Source: a virus
Lineage: Duplodnaviria; Caudoviricetes
IMG/VR virus record: IMGVR_UViG_3300027571_000063
Location: 1-26,533 of that record
Reading direction: 5' to 3' (one strand)
Length of the DNA: 26,533 nt
Shown here: piece after piece, positions 19,469-25,360 of the stretch
How positions within the stretch are numbered: the stretch's first letter is position 1
How the letters are laid out: the number at the start of each line of letters is the position of its first letter
The notes under the pieces: generated by a model
What the model was told of the DNA's origin: nothing
Database searches by the model: none
The model's input: only the letters and a program-made list of their open reading frames with translations
Translations under genes and position numbers: made by a program

Positions 19469-19658
19469 GTTAACGGAATTGCTAGTTTTTCTGTTAACCC
19501 GTAGATGAAGTATTAACTATGATTACAAGCCGTTATCTAGTTTTCTCCTTATTTTAAGGTAACTTAAACCGCGCATCTTATGCCCTAGAGTCATCTACAT
19601 CTTTTGTGAAGTTGTTTACACAGCGGGGCTCCAGGTTTTCTCATTACCTGGAGCCTTT
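19469..19658 (+). ncRNA. Putative structured sRNA 1 (~190 nt)
   Basis: Follows the promoter and has no RBS-led ORF. Stems 19469-78/19489-98, 19501-08/19591-98 and 19536-40/19585-89, a GTAA-tetraloop hairpin and a terminal hairpin 19627-19655. Confidence 0.55.
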
Positions 19659-19662
19659 ACTC

Positions 19663-19691
19663 TTGACAAAGCGGATTAAATATTGTATAAC
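19663..19691 (+). promoter_or_regulatory. Sigma70-type promoter
   Basis: TTGACA-17 nt-TATAAC, with TAAATA in the spacer (19677-19682). Confidence 0.7.
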
Positions 19692-19697
19692 AATCAT

Positions 19698-19810
19698 ATG
19701 CACAGTTAGGCTGCGCATTCTCCATGAGATACAGGTTTCTTATTCATTCCCAGTATCTCACAACTTAGTCACGAGTGTGACAGCCCTGGCGAATGCCGGG
19801 GCTTTTTTTT
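19698..19810 (+). ncRNA. Putative sRNA 2 (~110 nt, four hairpins)
   Basis: Stems 19698-705/19711-18, 19725-32/19753-60 and 19768-72/19777-81, then a canonical terminator. Confidence 0.6.
19782..19810 (+). terminator. Rho-independent terminator
   Basis: AGCCCTGGC-gaat-GCCGGGGC followed by T8. Confidence 0.85.
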
Positions 19811-19818
19811 CACTGAGT

Positions 19819-19834
19819 GTTGCAGATCTGCAAC
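19819..19834. promoter_or_regulatory. Perfect 16-bp palindrome, candidate operator
   Basis: GTTGCAGATCTGCAAC about 20 bp upstream of the 19854 -35 box. Confidence 0.4.
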
Positions 19835-19853
19835 GGAAATCCGGTTTTCTAGG

Positions 19854-19883
19854 TTGACAAAGTATACACATATGTTATAAATA
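19854..19883 (+). promoter_or_regulatory. Sigma70-type promoter (copy 1 of a 27-bp duplicated promoter)
   Basis: TTGACA-16 nt-TATAAATA with a TG extended -10; 19854-19880 is identical to 20598-20624. Confidence 0.8.
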
Positions 19884-19922
19884 TAGATGTAACAGATGGT
19901 TACGCTACAAAGGAAAAAGACA

Positions 19923-20102
19923 ATGACATATACACAATTCAAAAAAATAATGATAGAGATTAAATCAGGTTCAGATAATATCTGTATTGGTAAACTTGGT
20001 TTTCATAGCAATGATGATGCTAAAATTCGTATGGGATTACTTTTGGATCTTGTTCCGGAAGAATACTGCACAAGACTATTGAAAGAGGAGACAACAGAAT
20101 GA
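19923..20102 (+). CDS. Hypothetical protein (59 aa)
   Basis: ATG 19923 follows AAGGA (preferred over 19896); ATGA overlap with the next gene. Confidence 0.65.
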   Translation: MTYTQFKKIMIEIKSGSDNICIGKLGFHSNDDAKIRMGLLLDLVPEEYCTRLLKEETTE

Positions 20103-20593
20103 ATATCTTCAAGATTAAAGAACATGCTATGGATCCGCAAACCACACGCAGTGGTAAAATTAAAACGGATAGCAATGGCGAACCACTACGCAGTGTGCAA
20201 CTATTACAAAGTCCAGAACAACGCCGCGAGATGGCTAAAATCCTAAACAACATGCCACGCATTTATGATGAATGCCCAGAACTATTCCCCACAGGTAAGC
20301 ATCACATTGGCAATGATCCCACAAGTTATACTGTTGCTGATATGATGGCTGACTGCAAAACCCGTATGCCACGCTGGAGCAGTGCAATGAGTGGTGCCCA
20401 CATTTACCGCAGTTTTGTTGAACGCCACAACTGGTGCTTGGATCGACTGATTGAGGGCTTGTATGCTGCTGGATTGGAAGACGAGATTATGAATGTTGAG
20501 CGTGACTACCGCATTAAACTACGCCTACCAAAGCATGAAGAAATCAGCCGCGCTCTTAAAAAGAGTGATATCTTTGATCTATACAGTGAATAA
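20099..20593 (+). CDS. Hypothetical protein (164 aa)
   Basis: GAGGAG RBS; no recognised family. Confidence 0.75.
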   Translation: MNIFKIKEHAMDPQTTRSGKIKTDSNGEPLRSVQLLQSPEQRREMAKILNNMPRIYDECPELFPTGKHHIGNDPTSYTVADMMADCKTRMPRWSSAMSGAHIYRSFVERHNWCLDRLIEGLYAAGLEDEIMNVERDYRIKLRLPKHEEISRALKKSDIFDLYSE

Positions 20594-20597
20594 AATC

Positions 20598-20631
20598 TTG
20601 ACAAAGTATACACATATGTTATAAGTAAATA
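20598..20631 (+). promoter_or_regulatory. Sigma70-type promoter (copy 2) followed by TAAATA
   Basis: TTGACAAAGTATACACATATGTTATAA identical to 19854-19880; TAAATA at 20626-20631. Confidence 0.8.
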
Positions 20632-20641
20632 GTGAGCAGGA

Positions 20642-20750
20642 AGGTTGACCTTTAACCTAGATTTCACCTAGTATGATCCGCACTAGGCTGCACAAGCGGA
20701 TCACACACTGAACTGAAATCCAGTGTCTAAACAAAACTAGAGGTTCCAAA
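20642..20750 (+). promoter_or_regulatory. Structured 5' leader with a predicted double pseudoknot
   Basis: Four perfect Watson-Crick stems of 7, 6, 8 and 6 bp in crossed order within 67 nt (20660-20726). Confidence 0.6.
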
Positions 20751-22097
20751 ATGAAGATAAGTGTTGATAGTCGTAGATGTGGTGCTGGCAAGACTGCTGG
20801 CATTGGTGGTATTTTTGACCGTATCCAATTACACACACAACGAAATGAGAGCGTGTTGGTAACTGTTCCCAGCATTAAACTAATTGAACAGTATTATAAA
20901 CAATTCCCTGATGCCACTGTTATTACAAGTGAGACAGTGGACAATGTTCAAGCACACCTGCATAACGCATTTAACAATGGTGCTGAACTAATCATTATTA
21001 CACATAAAGCATTCCTTGAAAGCCAGATCCTAAGTGGAACACGCGGCTTGTATAACTTGATTATTGACGAGGCTTTTGACCCCTGGCGTAGCCAAACATA
21101 TGAGCAATCAGCACTTGACATTAACTTTGACTGGAATGTCTTGCTTGCGGCAACTCCAGTAAATGATATTGAGGGCTGGAACACGCTGCATTTGAAACAC
21201 AATATCCGCACTAATACTATTAGCAATAGCAGCAACTTTGTTCGTGATATCTACAACACTAACTGGCGTATGTATATTAAGACTGAGCAATACGAAAGTT
21301 GGACTATGGATGGCACTCGTCGTGTTGAGTTTGTGCAGGAACTAGATCCAGGTATACTGAGTGGCTGGTGCAGTGTGCATGTTGCAGCCGCAGCATTTGA
21401 AAAGACATTCATGTATTGGTGGGTGCTGAAGCATGGCATTCATATCAAAGTCACTAAGCCATTTGAACCTCACACCACACAGATCACTATTCATTATCCA
21501 GAAGATGGACATGGCGGCACTACTTGGAGCAAATACAAGACACTGAATCAACCAGAGATCAAACAAACATTTCGTGATTATGTAAATGCTGTTGGTGCTC
21601 CACTACTGCGTCTAAAAAATAACAATGATTTTACTGTAATGAATAACAGCGAAGTTATCGGTCATAATGCAGCAGGTATCAATGGCAAAAGCCATTATGA
21701 GCATGTTGTTATGGAAAGCACACTTAATCCAACACCACTTATGGGTGAATGGCTTAAAATGCAAGCCAGCAATTACTTGCCAAGCACAACTCGAGCAGAT
21801 GTTGCACTATTTGAAGCCCGCACTGGTTATATCTTTTATCAAGTAGGTATGCGTTGCAGCCTGCGTGATGAGCGGCCAGCCCACTTCTATGTAATTGATA
21901 ATAGAGCAGTTATTGCCCTAACTTATTACTTTGATAATGTTAAAATGGCAGATATCCACTACAAGTCAGATAGAGGACCTGCCCCACTAACAGGAGCAGA
22001 AAAATCAAGGGCAAACAGAGCACTTAAAAAGAACCCAGAGAAGTATAAAGGGATGAAATACAGGGATATCTTAGATGACCTGCTACGCAAGTCATGA
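20751..22097 (+). CDS. SF2 helicase-like protein, putative replication initiator/origin-binding protein
   Basis: Walker A CGAGKT, motif Ia VPSIKLIEQ, Ib IITH, Walker B LIIDE, motif VI-like YQVGMRCSLR; basic C-terminus. The initiator role is inferred. Confidence 0.75.
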   Translation: MKISVDSRRCGAGKTAGIGGIFDRIQLHTQRNESVLVTVPSIKLIEQYYKQFPDATVITSETVDNVQAHLHNAFNNGAELIIITHKAFLESQILSGTRGLYNLIIDEAFDPWRSQTYEQSALDINFDWNVLLAATPVNDIEGWNTLHLKHNIRTNTISNSSNFVRDIYNTNWRMYIKTEQYESWTMDGTRRVEFVQELDPGILSGWCSVHVAAAAFEKTFMYWWVLKHGIHIKVTKPFEPHTTQITIHYPEDGHGGTTWSKYKTLNQPEIKQTFRDYVNAVGAPLLRLKNNNDFTVMNNSEVIGHNAAGINGKSHYEHVVMESTLNPTPLMGEWLKMQASNYLPSTTRADVALFEARTGYIFYQVGMRCSLRDERPAHFYVIDNRAVIALTYYFDNVKMADIHYKSDRGPAPLTGAEKSRANRALKKNPEKYKGMKYRDILDDLLRKS

Positions 22098-22190
22098 CAT
22101 TTCACAAATGCAAGCATTTGTTCATGTCATATTTTAGAAATACAAGAGTAACTAAGACCTAATAAGACTCTATAGAAAATAGTTACTCTT
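22094..22190. repeat. Two inverted repeats, candidate replication origin
   Basis: ATGACAT..ACAAATGC-aa-GCATTTGT..ATGTCAT (22094-22130) and AAGAGTAACTA-25 nt-TAGTTACTCTT (22144-22190). Confidence 0.5.
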
Positions 22191-22224
22191 TCCAAAAGAA
22201 ACACCAAGGGGGCGCGATATGCAC

Positions 22225-22252
22225 TTGACAACTGAATGCAATGCACTATACT
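22225..22252 (+). promoter_or_regulatory. Sigma70-type promoter
   Basis: TTGACA-16 nt-TATACT upstream of the AAGGAG RBS. Confidence 0.7.
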
Positions 22253-22283
22253 TAAAATATACACTGAAAAAGGAGCGAATGAA

Positions 22284-22610
22284 ATGAAAGATCTACCACT
22301 AGTAATGCAGCAAACATGTGAAGACATTATGCGAACCTATAAAGTAGATGCAGATTGTGCAGCAAAAATATTTGACCAAAAAATGCTAGGGAAATGTGAA
22401 TGTTGTGGTAAAAAAGACATACCTGCAAACAAAATGCATATTGATCATAACCACAAAACAGGACTTGTTAGAGGTGTTGTTTGTGCTAGTTGCAATGTTA
22501 CATTTGGAAGAATGGAAAGTGATGCTTTTAAAAGGATAAAGCACAAGCATAGACTATATCAGCCATATCATTGGGATTGGATAGTGTTCCGCGGATACCC
22601 AAAAACATGA
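22284..22610 (+). CDS. Endonuclease VII-family (His-Me finger) nuclease
   Basis: CECCG...HIDHNHKTGLVRGVVCASCN matches the CxxC...DHxH.TG.VRG.LC..CN signature; ATG 22284 follows AAGGAG. Confidence 0.88.
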   Translation: MKDLPLVMQQTCEDIMRTYKVDADCAAKIFDQKMLGKCECCGKKDIPANKMHIDHNHKTGLVRGVVCASCNVTFGRMESDAFKRIKHKHRLYQPYHWDWIVFRGYPKT

Positions 22611-22708
22611 CTATATATAGTATAGAAAAACTGCAAAAACAGCGTTTAAGGGCATTCTTTTGCAATTCTAGACATATGAAATCCGTTAAGGTATACCACA
22701 CTACATGA
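22607..22708 (+). CDS. Possible 33-aa peptide (MTIYSIEKLQKQRLRAFFCNSRHMKSVKVYHTT)
   Basis: ATGA overlaps at both ends; no RBS of its own. Confidence 0.3.
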   Translation: MTIYSIEKLQKQRLRAFFCNSRHMKSVKVYHTT

Positions 22709-22719
22709 AAGGTAGCAAA

Positions 22720-22839
22720 ATGGATAAAGACAGCCGTGCATACCGAATAGGATACACTATAGGTAGACAGTTAGTGGCAGCAGTATTAGCGGCTGCACTA
22801 GTGTTCATCCCATATCTAATCTACATCAAATACTTCTAA
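22720..22839 (+). CDS. Small single-TM membrane protein (39 aa), absent from the ORF track
   Basis: MDKDSRAYRIGYTIGRQLVAAVLAAALVFIPYLIYIKYF*; GAAAGG RBS; alternative in-frame ATG at 22705. Confidence 0.65.
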   Translation: MDKDSRAYRIGYTIGRQLVAAVLAAALVFIPYLIYIKYF

Positions 22840-22874
22840 TAAATAACTATACAACGAAAAGGAAACCCCCCAAA

Positions 22875-23069
22875 ATGAAATATCACAACATTAAAGAAGC
22901 AGCAGAATGGTTTTATGACCGCATCTTTAGTCAGCCCACAGAAGGCCTAAAGAAACAAGTGTTAATCACTTACTATGAAGAAGGCGGTAACTTCCATGTG
23001 GAAACTGTTACACGCAACTATTATGGCGTAAATGATTATCAGGACAGTGTAAGTCACGAGGTATTCTGA
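22875..23069 (+). CDS. Hypothetical protein (64 aa)
   Basis: AAGGA RBS; ATAAATA upstream; stop overlaps the next start. Confidence 0.7.
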   Translation: MKYHNIKEAAEWFYDRIFSQPTEGLKKQVLITYYEEGGNFHVETVTRNYYGVNDYQDSVSHEVF

Positions 23070-23500
23070 TGATTGACCCACAAATGAGCAGTGACCACCG
23101 CTGGCGTTCCTTCCAAAATTGGTGGAATAAAAATCACCACAGGCGCAAGGGACATGACTGGCTTTGCGCACATGCACGGCGTATCGCTTATGCATACTTC
23201 TTCCCACCAGAACTGTTTGATGATATTCAATACATTACAAAGCGTTATTATAACAGTGAATACAAGCGGCTAAGTCATATTAATGCTTGGATGCTTTGGA
23301 AGTTCGTGCATCCACTACACAATCGCCGTGTAAAAGCAATTGAAGCAGCGGCAGATCGTTACGAGGAAAAGCGTCAAAAACTCAAAGAACTAAAAGACAG
23401 CCAGCCAGAGAAAACTGATAAACCAGCAGAACCAGTCAAAAAGACTGTAATCGTAGAAAGGAAAGTAAAGCGTGTTCTTAACCGTCCAACCTCAACATAA
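23069..23500 (+). CDS. Hypothetical basic protein (143 aa)
   Basis: TGATG coupling; Trp/His-rich N-terminus and charged C-terminus. Confidence 0.7.
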   Translation: MIDPQMSSDHRWRSFQNWWNKNHHRRKGHDWLCAHARRIAYAYFFPPELFDDIQYITKRYYNSEYKRLSHINAWMLWKFVHPLHNRRVKAIEAAADRYEEKRQKLKELKDSQPEKTDKPAEPVKKTVIVERKVKRVLNRPTST

Positions 23501-23684
23501 CTTCATAAAAGCAGCAAATGAATTGCTGGATATACTTAACAATGGTGGCTATGATCCCTTAACATATCGTTATGGATTAGACCCACGCAGACGGAGTATT
23601 CGTGTAGAACTTAACGATCCCAATCATATACTCACTATAGTGCAATTTAACGATCTGTATGTGTGGGCTCAAAAATACACATAA
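23472..23684 (+). CDS. Hypothetical protein (70 aa, GTG start)
   Basis: AAGGA upstream; ends exactly where the first cassette repeat begins. Confidence 0.55.
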   Translation: MFLTVQPQHNFIKAANELLDILNNGGYDPLTYRYGLDPRRRSIRVELNDPNHILTIVQFNDLYVWAQKYT

Positions 23685-23823
23685 CTGTAACATTCTGTAA
23701 TCTTTTGTTACTAAGAAAAGTGAAAAAAACTTCAAAAAACTCTTGCTCTTTGGGTCAACACACACTATATTATAAGAGTAAGCAGAGAGGCTTACTTAAC
23801 AACACAGAAAGAGAGAAATAGAA
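23684..23823 (+). repeat. Cassette leader repeat 1: phased boxes, promoter, 5' stem-loop and RBS
   Basis: CTTGCT(23742)-17-CTATAT(23765); GTAAGC-agagag-GCTTAC hairpin; near-identical to 24155-24272 and similar to 24570-24694. Confidence 0.9.
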
Positions 23824-24093
23824 ATGTTTAAAACTGTAGCGCAAAACATGCTTATAAAATCCGTTGTAAACGCACACATCAAATACCTTGAGAACACTGT
23901 TCTCCCGCGTATGGAAGAACTTGGATACGCAGGGTTTAATAAAGTGGTTGATAAAGACGGCAATGAACGCACTCCGATTTTGAAAGTCCTCTATGAAGCA
24001 TATATGACTCACGGGCGCAGAATTCCGCAGCACAAACTAGACTACATTATTCATTCTCACTGCTGCAAAGATGACGCAGTAGACGCTGCTTAA
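23824..24093 (+). CDS. Cassette 1 hypothetical early protein (89 aa)
   Basis: Has its own promoter and terminator; ends in -DAA. Confidence 0.8.
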   Translation: MFKTVAQNMLIKSVVNAHIKYLENTVLPRMEELGYAGFNKVVDKDGNERTPILKVLYEAYMTHGRRIPQHKLDYIIHSHCCKDDAVDAA

Positions 24094-24103
24094 CACATAC
24101 TAC

Positions 24104-24150
24104 CCTAACATTTACAGTACTGGCCCAGCGATTGCTGGGCTTTTTTTGTA
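24104..24150 (+). terminator. Repeated Rho-independent terminator, copy 1
   Basis: CCTAACATTTACAGTACTG-GCCCAGC-gatt-GCTGGGC-T7; near-identical to 24520-24565. Confidence 0.88.
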
Positions 24151-24154
24151 TCAG

Positions 24155-24272
24155 ACTGTAACATTCTGTAATCTTTTGTTACTAAGAAACTTCAAAATAA
24201 CTCTTGCTCTTTGGTTCAACACACACTATATTATAAGAGTAAGCAGAGAGGCTTACATTAACACAGAAAGAG
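24155..24272 (+). repeat. Cassette leader repeat 2
   Basis: CTTGCT(24203)-17-CTATAT(24226); same boxes and leader hairpin as repeat 1. Confidence 0.9.
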
Positions 24273-24509
24273 ATGAAAATGAGACTTACTATTGAAACTG
24301 CAACTGACTACGCAATGACACTGAAGCCTGCTGAAGCGTTTGACATTGAATTGCCCGCTGGCACTAAAATGCGTATTATTAAACACACTGACTGGGTTGT
24401 AATTGACCTCAACAATTATGCTGTTACACAGTGTATGAATGCTAAAGAACTTAGCAAAGCAATTGAAACTGTATACACACTGGACTTTCACAAGAGTCTA
24501 GCAGCGTAA
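24273..24509 (+). CDS. Cassette 2 hypothetical early protein (78 aa)
   Basis: Has its own promoter and terminator; ends in -SLAA; start could be 24279. Confidence 0.8.
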   Translation: MKMRLTIETATDYAMTLKPAEAFDIELPAGTKMRIIKHTDWVVIDLNNYAVTQCMNAKELSKAIETVYTLDFHKSLAA

Positions 24510-24519
24510 TACACACTGT

Positions 24520-24565
24520 CCTAACATTTACAATACTGGCCCAGCATTGCTGGGCTTTTTTTGTA
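24520..24565 (+). terminator. Repeated Rho-independent terminator, copy 2
   Basis: GCCCAGC-att-GCTGGGC-T7. Confidence 0.88.
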
Positions 24566-24569
24566 ACAA

Positions 24570-24694
24570 ACTGTAACATTTTGTTACTAAGAAAAGTGAA
24601 AAAAAGTAGTAATATGTCTTGATTTTCTTAGTAACACACACTATATTATAAAGGTAAGCGCGGTGCTTACAGCAACACAGAAACGGAGACACAG
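24570..24694 (+). repeat. Cassette leader repeat 3 (diverged)
   Basis: CTTGAT(24618)-17-CTATAT(24641); leader stem GTAAGC...GCTTAC retained with a different loop; GGAG RBS. Confidence 0.85.
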
Positions 24695-24979
24695 ATGACC
24701 AAACGCAACGCAATCAAAGAACTAGTTAACAGCAACGACACTGTGCGTATGAAAAAAGCAATGGATGCTTGGAATGAAACATTAGATAGCATTGTTGCTG
24801 CCAACACTGACATTCATACCCGCACCACGCTTAATGACTACGGTTTCTATAACATGGCTAACAAACTCAAGCGTGAAGGCAACATTGCGCTATACAACGA
24901 GTTTACTAGCATTCATGAACTTTACATGAGTGTCTACTACTCATGGATGGAAGCAGAAACTGGCGTTAAAATGCGTTAA
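24695..24979 (+). CDS. Cassette 3 hypothetical early protein (94 aa)
   Basis: GGAG RBS after the repeated promoter. Confidence 0.8.
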   Translation: MTKRNAIKELVNSNDTVRMKKAMDAWNETLDSIVAANTDIHTRTTLNDYGFYNMANKLKREGNIALYNEFTSIHELYMSVYYSWMEAETGVKMR

Positions 24980-25026
24980 AACTTCAAAATAACTCTTGAC
25001 AAGATGATTTTGTTGTAATATAAATA
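24978..25026 (+). promoter_or_regulatory. Sigma70-type promoter sharing the cassette upstream element, -10 = TATAAATA
   Basis: AAACTTCAAAATAACTCTTG identical to repeat 2; TTGACA(24996)-17-TATAAATA(25019). Confidence 0.75.
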
Positions 25027-25030
25027 AAAA

Positions 25031-25105
25031 TATAATAGAGTTTCTAATACTTTATTCATCTCCATAATAACTTGGGACTGGGCCTAAAAATCCAGTCCCT
25101 TTTTT
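25031..25105 (+). ncRNA. Putative sRNA 3 (~75 nt)
   Basis: Promoter, then a largely unstructured stretch containing TTTATTCATCTCCAT, then terminator GGGACTGG...CCAGTCCC-T6 (25074-25105); no ORF. Confidence 0.55.
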
Positions 25106-25106
25106 C

Positions 25107-25134
25107 TTGACATCTCTGAACTATATATTATTAT
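25107..25134 (+). promoter_or_regulatory. Sigma70-type promoter
   Basis: TTGACA-16 nt-TATTAT immediately after the terminator. Confidence 0.55.
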
Positions 25135-25138
25135 GGAA

Positions 25139-25250
25139 GTATGGCACAGAGTGCCGTACCCCAGAAATGACACAGAGTGTTGTTTTAAAACATTAAACAA
25201 AATATTAGCATATTATGTAATGGACGGAGCCAACCACTCCGTCCATTTTT
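25139..25250 (+). ncRNA. Putative sRNA 4 with twin CAC-AGA-GTG hairpins
   Basis: Hairpins 25139-25159 and 25164-25186; terminator AATGGACGGAG-ccaacca-CTCCGTCCATT-TTT (25219-25250). Confidence 0.55.
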
Positions 25251-25306
25251 CTTGCTTAAATACACTGTATGATCGCTCAGGTGGGGGTTCCTGTGCTGAG
25301 CATACT

Positions 25307-25360
25307 GGGCCAGCACCTCCTTGGGCTGGCCCTCCTTTTGCTAAATATAAACACAAGGAG
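25307..25360 (+). promoter_or_regulatory. RBS-sequestering element with an embedded TAAATA late-promoter-like motif
   Basis: CTCCTTG(25317-23) and CTCCTT(25332-37) are complementary to (C)AAGGAG(25354-60); TAAATA at 25342-47 lies between them. Confidence 0.6.

Noticed and set aside
19469-19810. tRNA or tmRNA genes
   Set aside because: No cloverleaf, T-loop GTTC or CCA end is visible
19606-19857. 83-aa + strand ORF
   Set aside because: GTG start with no RBS; it crosses two terminators and a promoter
20099-20593. 164-aa ORF (also 18976..19452) as a gp55-like sigma factor
   Set aside because: The size fits, but I see none of the gp55-type motifs (e.g. NPFAYFTQI); a structural search is still needed
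23685-23710. Pho box
   Set aside because: The period is 10 bp, not the 11 bp of PhoB sites, and the core is GTAAC rather than GTCAT
23684-24700. Repeats as a CRISPR array or integron attC sites
   Set aside because: The units are >100 bp, contain promoter and terminator elements and are separated by whole ORFs; no cas or integrase gene is present
24940-25065. Minus-strand ~41-aa ORF (MEMNKVLETLLYFYL...) as the explanation for the anti-SD/anti-AUG seed
   Set aside because: GGAG abuts the second ATG with no spacing, the ORF runs through a + strand promoter and gene end, and no other minus-strand gene is credible; not fully excluded
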